DNA of 64,000 bases from an uncultured delta proteobacterium (GTDB lineage Bacteria > Myxococcota > UBA727 > VGSZ01). The stretch lies in contig CAVZJB010000012.1 of NCBI GenBank assembly GCA_963775425.1, positions 224,001 to 288,000 on the forward strand, written 5' to 3'. The position numbers and the translations under genes are program-made. Positions 19,390-29,201 of the stretch are shown one piece after another. The notes below the pieces were generated by a model, which worked only from the letters and a program-made list of their open reading frames with translations, searched no databases and was not told the origin of the DNA. Numbering within the stretch: the first letter of the stretch is position 1; every line of letters starts with the position of its first letter.

Positions 19390-20493
19390 TTACCTGAGCG
19401 CACCCTCGACGATGGCCCACACCGCGCCGGCGTCGGTGGTGGCGTCGTCGGGCTTGCCGGGGAAGCGGCCGCAGAACGACGACTTCAAGATCTCGCCGAG
19501 CATCTTTTGCTGCTCGCCCTCGAACAGCGGGTGCTTCAGGTACACGCAGGCCTCGTCGGTGGCCCGCACCGACAGCCCCTGCGAAAGCTCGGGCGACTTG
19601 CGCACGCGATCGGCCACGGAGACCACCGCCTCGATGAGCCCCTTGGGCAGCTCGGGGTGGCGGCCCGCCAGCAGCTTCACCTCCTCCTCCGCGGGCGGAT
19701 AGCTCATCTGAATGGGCGCGAAGCGATCGAGCTGCGCGGCGTCGATGCCGAAGGTGGCGGAGAACTCGCTGCCACGGTTGGTGGCGGCGACGAACTGCAC
19801 GTTGTCGGGGATGGCGATGAAGTGGTTGGTGATGGGGTTGAAGATCTTGCGCGTGGAGTCGAGCGCGGGCATCAGCGCGTTGCGCGCGCTCTCCTGACAC
19901 CGGTTGAGCTCGTCGAGGAAGATCAGGAAGCGCACGCCGGGCTCGGACTCCGCCTCCTCCAGCGCCGCCAGGAAGTCCGTCCTGGTGAAGTCGGTCACGG
20001 GTTGGCCGGAGGCGGAGGCGCGCACCTGCACGGTGGCGAGGAAGTCGGTGGCCTCGACGACGGCGCCGCAGTTGAAGAACACGAAGCGCATGCCGAGCGC
20101 TGCGGCGATGGCCCGCGCCACCACCGTCTTGCCGCAGCCCTGCGGTCCGTCGAGCAGGATGTTGAGGCCGCTCTCGAGGAGCACCTGGATCTTCTTGGAC
20201 ACGACGGGATCGAGCCACACGCCCTCGAGCCGGAACGGCACCGCCTCCACCAGGTCCACTTCGATGGCGCCTCGCCCGTCCTGCTCCGTCTTGGTGATCG
20301 AGGTGATCCTCACGCGCCACGGGACGCCGGGCTGCGCGCGGGGGTCGTTGCAGAGCACCACCTTGGGTGCCCGCCGCCCGTCGAGGTGCGTGGCGCGCAG
20401 GCGATACCCCGAGCTCTCGACGGGGTTCGCGTACAACGTCGCCTCGTAGACCCCGCCCACGCGCAGCTCTTCGATCTTCCATTTGCCGGCCAT
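19390..20493 (-). CDS. MoxR-family (CbbQ/NorQ/CobS-like) AAA+ ATPase with an extra N-terminal beta-rich domain
   Basis: GPQGCGKT, IFLDELNR, AATN, DAAQLDRF. Start ATG 20493 (MAGKWK). Confidence 0.88.
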   Translation of the reverse strand: MAGKWKIEELRVGGVYEATLYANPVESSGYRLRATHLDGRRAPKVVLCNDPRAQPGVPWRVRITSITKTEQDGRGAIEVDLVEAVPFRLEGVWLDPVVSKKIQVLLESGLNILLDGPQGCGKTVVARAIAAALGMRFVFFNCGAVVEATDFLATVQVRASASGQPVTDFTRTDFLAALEEAESEPGVRFLIFLDELNRCQESARNALMPALDSTRKIFNPITNHFIAIPDNVQFVAATNRGSEFSATFGIDAAQLDRFAPIQMSYPPAEEEVKLLAGRHPELPKGLIEAVVSVADRVRKSPELSQGLSVRATDEACVYLKHPLFEGEQQKMLGEILKSSFCGRFPGKPDDATTDAGAVWAIVEGALR

Positions 20494-20563
20494 AGTGGGG
20501 CGCTTGTACCGCGAAAGGGGCGCTTTGGCCGCGGCCTGGTACGCTGCCGCCCGGAGGTCTTCG

Positions 20564-21571
20564 ATGCGTGCTCTCGTTCTCGGTGTCACGGCCTGCTCGA
20601 TCGTCGCGTTCCTCGGCGCGTGCCCAAGCGCGGAAGGGGAAGGCGAAGGTGAAGGTGAAGGCGAAGGCGAGGGCGAAGGTGAGATCACGGCGGCGCAGGC
20701 GGCCGACGCCTTCGCCGGGCTCGTCACGCGATGCCTCGGCGAGGGGTTTCAAGGGCAGGCCGAGCCCACCCTCATCGCCGCGCTCACCACCCAGGAGGCC
20801 GCGGCGCTGCGCGACGCGTTCCTCGCGCAGCTCGAGAGTCCGAACGTCGTCTTCGACGGCGCCCAGGCGGCCACGTGCAAGACCGCCCTCGACTCCCTGT
20901 CTTGCGACGACCTCTTCAACGGCGGGGACGAGCCGCCGGACTGCGTCGCCGTCACGCAGGGCACCCTCGCCGAGGGAACGGCGTGCGCGTTCGACGGCGA
21001 GTGTCAGCCCGGGCTCGCTTGCTCCGGCTTCACCTCCACGACGTGCGGCACCTGCGTGGCGCAGGCGGGCGAGGGTGAAGACTGCAGCAACGCCGCGTGC
21101 GCCGGGGGCCTCCAGTGCGGTGCGGACAGCTTGTGCGAGGCGCCGCCGCCGTTCGTCGACACCGGCGACGCGTGCGACGAGCAGACCGGGACCTTCTGCG
21201 GGCGGCAGGGCGATCAGTGCATCAACAGCGTCTGCGTGACGCCCAACGTCGTGCAGGTCGGTGACGCCTGCGACCAGGTCACGAACCACTGCATCGACAG
21301 CGCCAGCAAGAACATCTGTCTGCCGGACCCGCAGCCCGCCACCACGGCGACGTGCACGGCGAGAACGGGGCTCGACGGCGACTGCTCCGCGCTCCCGCTG
21401 TGCGACGACACGGTCGCCACGTGCGAAAACGGCACCTGCGTCGCCGCCGGCGCCGAGGGCGACGCGTGCAACTCGGGCACGACGCAGCCGTGTCTGGTGG
21501 GGCTCACCTGCCAGGCGGGGACGTGCGCGCCGCAGATCGGCGCCTTCGAGGGCCTCCCCGTCTGCGAGTGA
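20564..21571 (+). CDS. Cys-rich secreted lipoprotein with an (EG)n linker
   Basis: MRALVLGVTACSIVAFLGAC lipobox, EGEGEG tract, repeated G..C..C..GL.C modules. Confidence 0.8.
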   Translation: MRALVLGVTACSIVAFLGACPSAEGEGEGEGEGEGEGEGEITAAQAADAFAGLVTRCLGEGFQGQAEPTLIAALTTQEAAALRDAFLAQLESPNVVFDGAQAATCKTALDSLSCDDLFNGGDEPPDCVAVTQGTLAEGTACAFDGECQPGLACSGFTSTTCGTCVAQAGEGEDCSNAACAGGLQCGADSLCEAPPPFVDTGDACDEQTGTFCGRQGDQCINSVCVTPNVVQVGDACDQVTNHCIDSASKNICLPDPQPATTATCTARTGLDGDCSALPLCDDTVATCENGTCVAAGAEGDACNSGTTQPCLVGLTCQAGTCAPQIGAFEGLPVCE

Positions 21572-21575
21572 CCCC

Positions 21576-24500
21576 TCAGCGGCCGCCCGTGGTCTTGCGC
21601 ACGAGCTTGGAGACCACGCGGGCGAAGCGGCGGCCGGCGTCGTCGACGTCCTCGCCGAGGATCTCGACGTAGTGCTTGAAGCAGCGCTCCTTCAACGGCC
21701 GCACCGCAACCTGCGCCGTCAGCGTGCCGCCGCGCTCGAGGCGGTTCGCCAGGGCGCGCAGCGCGGCCGCCGAGCACTCGGTGGGCAGGCCGTCGCTCAC
21801 CATGACGAGGAGCTTGTGCGGGCGGCGTGACCGCCGGGCGGCCACCGCGGCGTGCCAGAGCCCGGCGGCGTCGTTGTTGCCGCCCGAGGCTTGCAGCGCA
21901 TGGGCGGCGCAGCGCTCGGCGTCGCCGGCGTCGTAGATGACGCTGCTCGTGAAGCCGAAGATGCGCACGTCGACGCCGCGGTTCCCGCGCGCCGCCTCCG
22001 CCAGCGACGTCGCGAAGACGCGCGCCTTGTCCATGCTCCTGTCGCTGGCCATGGAGCCCGAGCAATCGACGACGAGCCCGACGAACAGGTCGGCGGCCGG
22101 CACCGGCGTCCTCCGGACGAGGAGGCGCGGATCCATCCTGGCGATCGCGCTCGCGAGCCCCTGGCGGTCGAGGCTGCGGCCGCTCAAGCGGCGCCGCTCC
22201 ACGACGACGCGCGTGCCGAGCTCGTCGAGCGCGCTGCGGAGGGCGCGCGTGGCGCGCCGGCCCTGCGCGGCGAGCGCCCTGTGCTCCTCGGGCCGGTGCG
22301 CGAGCGGGACGATCTGATCGATGACGTCGAAGCGCTCGTCGGGGCCGTCGTTCCACTTGGGGTGCTCGATGCGCGGGGGGGCCCGGCTCTTGTCGCGATC
22401 GAGCTCGCGCTGGAGCTCGTCGGGGGAGAAGCCCTCCTCCCGCATCTCTTCTTCGCCGGTCTCCATGGTCTCGTGGATACCGAAGGTCTCGAGGATGCCC
22501 GTCTCGTCGCCGAAGATGCGGTGGAGCTCGCGGGCGATGTCCAGGAGCGCGTCCATCTTCGACGCGCGAAAGGCGCGCCCGGAGAAGAGCGCGAGCCCCT
22601 CACGCACCTTGGCGTCGGCGTCGCGCCCGCCGAGCCCTTGTCGCAGCGCACGCATGAAGCGGGCGAAGCTCGTATGCGCGGAGATCTCGGCGAGCAGCCG
22701 CCCGAGCTCGACGTGCACACACCCCCAGCGCCGCCCGGGGAAGAGCCGCACGCGGGTGAGCACCCGCGCGGCGTGGGGCCCGAGCGTGCGCAGGAGGTCC
22801 TCGAGGAAGACGTCGCGCGCGACGTGTTGGAAGGCGTAGCTGGCGAGCACCTTGAGGGAGTCGCCGTACACGTCGCTCTGCGCGCGGAGGTTCCGCTCGA
22901 GGTGCTCGTCGGCGACGAGGTTCAACAGGCCCGCGATCTTCTCCTTTTGCGCCTGCTCCCAGCACTCCCTGCCCAGCGCGTCGGCGTGGTAGAGGTGATG
23001 GCCGACCTCGTGCACCATCAGCCCGCGTACGACGTCGTCACCGCCGCGCTCGCCGCGCAACAGTGGCATGGGGTTGATGAAGATGCGGGGCTGGTGAAGG
23101 CGCGTGTAGCCGAGCGCGTCGTGGATGAATTCCACGCCCACGGGCTTGCCGAGGAGCGTGCGCGCCTGGCGCACGCCCCATCGCACCGCTTCGCGCAGCT
23201 CGTCCATTCGCGGATCGTCGAACCAGCGCGCGCGCCGAAGGACGGCGAACAGGGCGGCGGCCTCCTCGGCGTCCACGCCGCCCTTGAGCACGTGGAGCGC
23301 CACCGCCGCCGCGACGTCGTCGTCGAGGAGCCGCTTGTCCATGAGCGACTCGAGCGCGGCGTCGAGCGCGGCGTCGCCGGCGACGCCGGCGGCCTCGACG
23401 ACCTCGCGCCACAGCTCGGCGGGCACGGCGTCGCGCAGCTTCTTTTCGTGGCGCGGCTCGGGCGGCGAGAGCGCGCACGAGACGACGACCGGGAGCACGA
23501 GGTCACCGTCGTCGAGGAGCGCCGCGGCCACCTCGGCGCGCAGGGCGGGCTCGCGGTCGTCGCCGGCTTCGAGGAACGCGCGGAGGGCGCGCCGCGCCGC
23601 GACGTGCTCGTGCTCGTGCTCGTGCGCGCCGTCGCGTCGCCGGCCGTCGTGCAGCGACGACAGCAGCGACCACACGGCCTTGGTGTACGCGGCGGGGTGC
23701 GGGGAGCGGACGAGCTCGAGCGCGAACGTGCGCGGCGGGACGTGCGCGGAGAGCGCGGCGACGTCGTCGGCGTCGAGCCAGGTGCCGCGGGCGTCGCGGG
23801 GGGCGCAGGCGGCGGCGAGGGCGACCTTGTGCTCGCCGAGCCGCAGCGCGACGCGGAAGCGGACCTCGGGGCGGACCTCGTCGCGCAGGAGGCGGCGGGA
23901 GTCCTCGTCGTCGAAGATGGCGCGCTCGATGACGGCGCGGGCGCACAGCGGGAGATCCGCGCTCGCGAGCGCGTCGACGACGACGCGGCGGCCGGCGGGG
24001 CCCGCGGCGCCGAGCTCGTCGACGGCGGCGCGAGCGACGTGGGCGTCGTGCAATCGCAGCCGGGCGGCGGCGACGTCGACGGGGGCGCGCGGCGGCGGCG
24101 GCGGCGCGGGCGGGAACGCGACGGCGGCGCCGAGGCGCGCGCGCACGTCGGGCTCGAGCGGCGGCGGCCTGACCGCGAGCAGGCGATCGCGGACGGCCTC
24201 GACGAAGCCCTCGGCCTTGCCGCTCGCGTGCGCGAGCGCGACGAGATCGGCGGCGAGGCGCCGGAGCGCGCGGGCGCCGTTGAAGAGCGAGGAGCCCGCG
24301 ACGGGCGGGCGGGGCTCGGCCTCGCGCAGGAGGACGGCGGCGACGACCTCGGCGAGCTTGTCGTCGAGCTTGTCGAGGAGCGCCCGCCGCTGATAGGTCC
24401 ACGCGCGCACCACCTCGACGAGCGCGCGCATGAGCTTCCATGACAAAAGCGGCGCCGGCAACGCGAGCGCGAGGTCGACGACGCCGCGCAGGCCGCCCGG

Positions 24501-26795
24501 GGCCGTGCGGCAGTGCTGCTCGAAGCGGACGGCGTGGCCGGCGTCGTGTTGCACCCAGGCGGTGGCGAGGAGGGGCAGATCGCGCCGCGTGTCCTCGTCG
24601 AGGAGCGTGGCGTCGATGGCGGCGAGGAAGGGCGGCACCTCGCGCACGAGGCCCTGGAACGCCTCGGCGACGACGTGGGGCGGGTCGTGGCACGCGAGGA
24701 GCGCGGCGCTCAGCCGCGCGCTCGGTGACGTCGGGCGCTTGCGGGCCGCGCGCTCGCTGAGCGCGTCGACGAGGCCGGTGAGCGGCTCGCGCAAGAACAG
24801 CGAAGCCACGAGCGGCACCTCGGCGTCGGGGCACTGCACGAGCGTGGCGGCGACGCCTTCGGGGCACGCGCGCGGCGCGTTGTGAACCGAGCTGCGCCGC
24901 GGCGCCGCCCAGGCGCGCGCCGCCGCGTGGTCGGTCGCGGAGAGGGCCTCGGCCCAGGCGCGCTCGACGTCGACGGGGAGCACGGTGGCGCGCAGGAGCG
25001 TCACGAGCGCTCCAAGCGGGTCCGCGTCGCGCTCGTCGTCGGTGTGCGGGGCGTCGGCGGCGGTGCCGGCCGCGTCGAGGTCGCGGGAGCGTTCGGCGAG
25101 GGCGGCGACGGCGGCGGCGATGAGCGTCGGGGGGAACGCGCGCAGGACGGCGTCGCGGGTCGCGGAGGCAACGGTCGCCGCGCCCGGGCCGGACGCCACG
25201 CCGGACGTTGCCCCGTCGACGCGGGCCGGCGTCGCCGTGGCGGGGCTTACCGCCGACGTCGCGCTCGCCGGTGGCCGCGCGGCGGCGAGGCCGACGACGG
25301 CGCTCAGGGTGCGCAGCGCGGCGTCGTCGGAGAGCTGTCCGGCGAGGACGCCGGCGTTCCTCTCCAGGCGGCGCGCCGCGAGCTCGCCGACGTCGTCGAG
25401 CGCGCGGCTGTCGTCGAGGAGGAGCGCCAACGCTTGCTCGACGACGCCGGGGCGGCCGCCCTTCTCGGCGTCCGCGAGCGAGAACGCCCCGTCGGCGGGG
25501 AGCGTCACGCACAGCGCGGCGACGAGCTCGGGCGTGAGCCGCGCGCGCATCCCGATGATCACCGCGCGCGCGAGCGCGCGATAGGCCTCCCGATCGGCGG
25601 GGCTCCGCGGCGCCAGCGAGAGCAGCGCCGTCGACGGCGCGCGCCAGAACGCGGCGGCGACGTCGGCGGCGGGGATCACCTCGCGCAGCTTCTGGTACGG
25701 GGCGTCGAACAGGAGGCGCAGCGCGCCCGCCACGAGCTCCGCGTCGAGCGCGCCGGCGTCGTCGTTGAGGGCGCCGCGGGTGACGAGGCCCTTGAGCATC
25801 ACGGCCTTGCCCGCGCCGAGATCGAGGTCGACGAGCGCGCGCAGCGCCGCCCGCCGCCGCCCCGCGTCCGCCTCGAGCAGCAGCAGCATCGGCGCCGACA
25901 GCGCGCAGAGCGCGAGCATGCGCGGCGTGCTCTCCCCCGTCGTCAGCATCACCTGTGCGGCGCACACCGCGAAGCGCCGGTGCGCCGGATCCTTGAGCGT
26001 CAACGCGCGCTTGGCGGCGAGCAGCTCGTCGACGATGGGCGCCTCGTCGCTCAGCCGGCGCTCCCCCGGCGGCGGCGGCGGGTGGCGCCACAGCTCGAGG
26101 AGGATGTCCGCGAGCGGGTCGGTGTGGACGAGGGACGTGAGGTACTTCGTGATCGCCTCGGGCGTCATCAGGTGCGCGTCGGCGACCGGGGGGAACGGGA
26201 TGGCCGCCAGCACGTCCGCGCTCCTGGCGGCGAACGGGACGCGGCGCAGCCGCGCGTGCACCTCGACAACGTCGAGCAGCCCGAGCCGGCGGGCGTTCAA
26301 GAGCGCGCAGGCCACCGCGCCGTCGGCGGCGCGCGCGTCGAGCAGCGCGCGCACGTCGTCGGCGTGCTCGGGGTCTGCGAGGAGCAGCGCCGCGTGCGCG
26401 GGCGGCGTGCGCACCGGGTTCGCGTCGGCCACCGACGCCAGCGCGGCGCGGCGCACGTCGCGGCGGCGATGGAAGAGCGCGCAGGAAAACGGGGTGGGGT
26501 CGCTGGTGCAGCACGCGGCGAGCGCGGCGACGGCCGCGGCGCGCACGTCCTTGTGGTTGTCGTCGAGGCGCTCGACCACCGCGCGCAGCCCCGGCTTGCC
26601 CGCGCAGCCGCTGAGCGCGCGCACCGCCGCGGCGCGCACCTTGGGCGAGCGGTGCAGCGTCGCGCGCGCCACCGCCGCGCCGAACACGGCGCGCCTGGGC
26701 AGCGTCACCGTCAGCAGCTCGTCGAGGAGCGCCGCGAGGTCCGCCGCGTCGTGGCCCTCGTCGTGGAGGGCGTCCCAGAGCCGGACGTCGTGCAC
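21576..26795 (-). CDS. 1739-aa HEAT-repeat / HExxH / vWA protein (CobT/NorD/DUF2201-like C-terminus)
   Basis: N-terminal VRAAAVRAL repeats; HEVGH at 22998-23012 then LLNLVADEHLE; MIDAS DCSGS at 22053-22067, GGNND, VSDG. Start uncertain. Confidence 0.8.
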   Translation of the reverse strand: MHDVRLWDALHDEGHDAADLAALLDELLTVTLPRRAVFGAAVARATLHRSPKVRAAAVRALSGCAGKPGLRAVVERLDDNHKDVRAAAVAALAACCTSDPTPFSCALFHRRRDVRRAALASVADANPVRTPPAHAALLLADPEHADDVRALLDARAADGAVACALLNARRLGLLDVVEVHARLRRVPFAARSADVLAAIPFPPVADAHLMTPEAITKYLTSLVHTDPLADILLELWRHPPPPPGERRLSDEAPIVDELLAAKRALTLKDPAHRRFAVCAAQVMLTTGESTPRMLALCALSAPMLLLLEADAGRRRAALRALVDLDLGAGKAVMLKGLVTRGALNDDAGALDAELVAGALRLLFDAPYQKLREVIPAADVAAAFWRAPSTALLSLAPRSPADREAYRALARAVIIGMRARLTPELVAALCVTLPADGAFSLADAEKGGRPGVVEQALALLLDDSRALDDVGELAARRLERNAGVLAGQLSDDAALRTLSAVVGLAAARPPASATSAVSPATATPARVDGATSGVASGPGAATVASATRDAVLRAFPPTLIAAAVAALAERSRDLDAAGTAADAPHTDDERDADPLGALVTLLRATVLPVDVERAWAEALSATDHAAARAWAAPRRSSVHNAPRACPEGVAATLVQCPDAEVPLVASLFLREPLTGLVDALSERAARKRPTSPSARLSAALLACHDPPHVVAEAFQGLVREVPPFLAAIDATLLDEDTRRDLPLLATAWVQHDAGHAVRFEQHCRTAPGGLRGVVDLALALPAPLLSWKLMRALVEVVRAWTYQRRALLDKLDDKLAEVVAAVLLREAEPRPPVAGSSLFNGARALRRLAADLVALAHASGKAEGFVEAVRDRLLAVRPPPLEPDVRARLGAAVAFPPAPPPPPRAPVDVAAARLRLHDAHVARAAVDELGAAGPAGRRVVVDALASADLPLCARAVIERAIFDDEDSRRLLRDEVRPEVRFRVALRLGEHKVALAAACAPRDARGTWLDADDVAALSAHVPPRTFALELVRSPHPAAYTKAVWSLLSSLHDGRRRDGAHEHEHEHVAARRALRAFLEAGDDREPALRAEVAAALLDDGDLVLPVVVSCALSPPEPRHEKKLRDAVPAELWREVVEAAGVAGDAALDAALESLMDKRLLDDDVAAAVALHVLKGGVDAEEAAALFAVLRRARWFDDPRMDELREAVRWGVRQARTLLGKPVGVEFIHDALGYTRLHQPRIFINPMPLLRGERGGDDVVRGLMVHEVGHHLYHADALGRECWEQAQKEKIAGLLNLVADEHLERNLRAQSDVYGDSLKVLASYAFQHVARDVFLEDLLRTLGPHAARVLTRVRLFPGRRWGCVHVELGRLLAEISAHTSFARFMRALRQGLGGRDADAKVREGLALFSGRAFRASKMDALLDIARELHRIFGDETGILETFGIHETMETGEEEMREEGFSPDELQRELDRDKSRAPPRIEHPKWNDGPDERFDVIDQIVPLAHRPEEHRALAAQGRRATRALRSALDELGTRVVVERRRLSGRSLDRQGLASAIARMDPRLLVRRTPVPAADLFVGLVVDCSGSMASDRSMDKARVFATSLAEAARGNRGVDVRIFGFTSSVIYDAGDAERCAAHALQASGGNNDAAGLWHAAVAARRSRRPHKLLVMVSDGLPTECSAAALRALANRLERGGTLTAQVAVRPLKERCFKHYVEILGEDVDDAGRRFARVVSKLVRKTTGGR

Positions 26796-27467
26796 GAGCG
26801 GTTCTACCGCGACTCCGTCCCGGGTGACGACGGCGGCGCGTCCGCCGTGATGACGAAAGAGAGACCCGCTCCACGAGGAGCCGTGCGCGGCGCCGAAGCG
26901 AAGGCGAACCCCACGTTCCGGACCGGCGCGTCATCGGCCGGCCCTTCATCGGGCTTCGCGTTCCCGTCGGCGCCGCAACCGTCGCGCGCGTCGAGCCATC
27001 GACTGCACGAGTCGTCACCGCGCCCGTCCTCGAGAGGAAAGTGCGGCGGCCCGTCGACGCTCCCTGATGGTGTGCCTGCCGCCGCGAAGGAGGCAGGCGC
27101 GGGTGTGTCGGGCTCCGCGCCGCGGCCGCTCCCATCCGAGAGGCCGTCGTGCCGGCGCGGTGTGCCCCGAGAAACCTGGTGGGTCATCCGGGGCGGCGTC
27201 TCAGCTCGACCCGGATGCGCGGCTTGCGGCCGTCGTCAGCGGGTCTTTGTCGCGTCGACGTGCGTTCGCGGGTCGACGAGACGAGGCGAGCGGGAGTCCG
27301 GCGTACAGACGTACCGATCGCCCAGAAAAATCCTGCCTTCGTTCAACTGCATGCCCACTCCTTTCCCGTCGCCATGACGTCCCCGTCGGGCAGACCCATT
27401 GAAGCACATGCCCCCGCCGAAGGCGAGAGTCTCCTGAGACGGCGCTCACGCCGGGTCCATTCAGCCG

Positions 27468-27501
27468 GATCAGCGACCGGAGGGAGCGGCCGCGCTTGAT
27501 C
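27468..27501. repeat. Single copy of the 29-bp dispersed repeat
   Basis: GATCAGCGACCGGAGGGAGCGGCCGCGCTTGATC matches the unit at 45142. Confidence 0.85.
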
Positions 27502-27571
27502 GGGAGCGTCACGTGACCCCGCGCGCACGCGTCGACGCTCGAGGCACGAGCCGCCGCAGTAGGTTGCGGCT

Positions 27572-28348
27572 GTGATCGCCCGCGTGGCCCTCGTCGCCGT
27601 CATCGGCATCGCCTGCGGGACCGGCGGGTGCACGGCCACGCGCCAAATCACGCCGTGGTTGCGCGCGTCGACGACCACGCACTTCGAGCGCGGCTTCATC
27701 GCCGAGTCGGGCGGCGTCGGCCCCTATGACACGGGCAAGGTCGAGCGCTACGACGGCCAAGCCTGGGTGCCCCTCCACGTCGACGACATGCGCGCGTTCG
27801 GCTTCGCCGGCGGCAGCCGCGCCGTCGTCGGCACCACGCTCCTGCGGCGGGACGGGCCGCCGGTGTCGATCCCGTGCGCCCAGGACCTGCGCGCCACCCC
27901 GGACGACGCGGGGCTCGTGTGCGTCGAGATCTTCGGTCGCACCCTGGCGTCGTGGGAGCACGGCGCCACCAACACCGTCCGCGTCACGCAGCTCGACGCG
28001 GACGGACGCGTGCTCGGCACCCGCACGGTCGCGGCGCCGGTGGAGGTGCCCGCCGGCGCACCCGTCGAAGAGGACGCGAGCGCGTCGTTCCTCGGCTTCG
28101 ACGGCGATGGTCTCTGGTTCTCCGTGCTGCGCACCGACGCCCGGACGAGCTTCGCGTCCGGCGCCCCGCTCCGCTGCCAGGGCTTCGTCCTCGGCAAAGA
28201 CGATCGCTGGAGGGCGGCCGCGACGCTGTCGACCACCGCCGACGCGCTGTGGCGCTGCAACTTCGCGCGCCCCTGGAACCAGGCGCTCGGCACGCGCATC
28301 GATCCCGGCAAGGTCCGCCGCGACGCGCGGGGGGAGCCGCACGTCTAG
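27572..28348 (+). CDS. Hypothetical secreted or lipoprotein
   Basis: Hydrophobic N-terminus ending in Cys (GIAC/GGC); strong GC3 bias. Confidence 0.6.
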   Translation: MIARVALVAVIGIACGTGGCTATRQITPWLRASTTTHFERGFIAESGGVGPYDTGKVERYDGQAWVPLHVDDMRAFGFAGGSRAVVGTTLLRRDGPPVSIPCAQDLRATPDDAGLVCVEIFGRTLASWEHGATNTVRVTQLDADGRVLGTRTVAAPVEVPAGAPVEEDASASFLGFDGDGLWFSVLRTDARTSFASGAPLRCQGFVLGKDDRWRAAATLSTTADALWRCNFARPWNQALGTRIDPGKVRRDARGEPHV

Positions 28349-28373
28349 CCGGCCACGCCGGTCGCCACGCCGC

Positions 28374-29093
28374 TCACCTCCGCCAGGACCGCAGCGCGCG
28401 CAGCGGGTTCATCGGCACGCCGTGCTTGCGCACCTCGAAGTGCACGTGGGAGCCCGTCGAGCGACCGGTGCTGCCGACGAGCGCGACGGCGTCGCCCGCG
28501 CTGACCTCGGCGCCGCGCTCCACCAGGAGCGCGGACGCATGGCAGTAGCGGCTGCGCGTTCCGTCGGCCTGCTCGATCTCCACCATGAAGCCGTAGCCGC
28601 CGTCGTAGGTCGCCTGCACGACGCGGCCGGCGGCGACGGCGTGGATGGTGGCGCCCGTGGGCGCGCCGACGTCGATGCCCGTGTGCGTGGAGAGCCCGCC
28701 GCCGAGCGGATCCACGCGCACGCCGTAGCCGCTCGTGATGTGCGCCCCCGGCGCGTCGACGAGGAGCGACACCAGGCCGCCGTCGCGAACGCCGCCGGCG
28801 CGGCGCTCGTGCGCGGCCTCGTGGCGCGCGTCCCGCTCCCAACTGTGCAGCGCGCTCGCCGACGGGAAGCCGTATTGCCGCGCGACGGCGTCGTCGTTGC
28901 GCTCGGTGTTCACCTTGCGCGCGGCCTCGTACTGGTCCCACAGGTCCGGCCGCCCGACGGGCAGCACGGGGAACGTCACCGTTGCGCCGCCGGCAGCCGG
29001 CGCCGCCGCGCGCGGGGTGGCGGCCGCGCGCTCCGCGGCGCCGGCGACGACGGCGGCGGCGAGGAGCATCGAGGCGACAAATCCGGCGCGCAT
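28374..29093 (-). CDS. M23 family metallopeptidase
   Basis: ITSGYGVR.DP, HTGID, YCH, GSTGRSTGSHVHFEV. Start ATG 29093 with a signal peptide. Confidence 0.9.
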   Translation of the reverse strand: MRAGFVASMLLAAAVVAGAAERAAATPRAAAPAAGGATVTFPVLPVGRPDLWDQYEAARKVNTERNDDAVARQYGFPSASALHSWERDARHEAAHERRAGGVRDGGLVSLLVDAPGAHITSGYGVRVDPLGGGLSTHTGIDVGAPTGATIHAVAAGRVVQATYDGGYGFMVEIEQADGTRSRYCHASALLVERGAEVSAGDAVALVGSTGRSTGSHVHFEVRKHGVPMNPLRALRSWRR

Positions 29094-29201
29094 GACCAGG
29101 GTTTCGGCGGTGCGCGCGGTCACGCTCTCGGACGCGCGGCGGAGCCTCCGCCGAACGCGCGATGCGACACGCGCGCGTACGACGCGGTGTACCGTTCGCG
29201 C

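Noticed and set aside
20632-20684. (GAAGGC/T)n tract as a DNA repeat element
   Set aside because: It encodes the EG linker with synonymous variation, so it is a protein-level low-complexity feature.
27400-27470. Glycine riboswitch or 6S-like RNA (GCCGAAGGCG, TCTCAGG)
   Set aside because: The two glycine-aptamer words lie on opposite strands, and I could not fit a consensus structure by eye.
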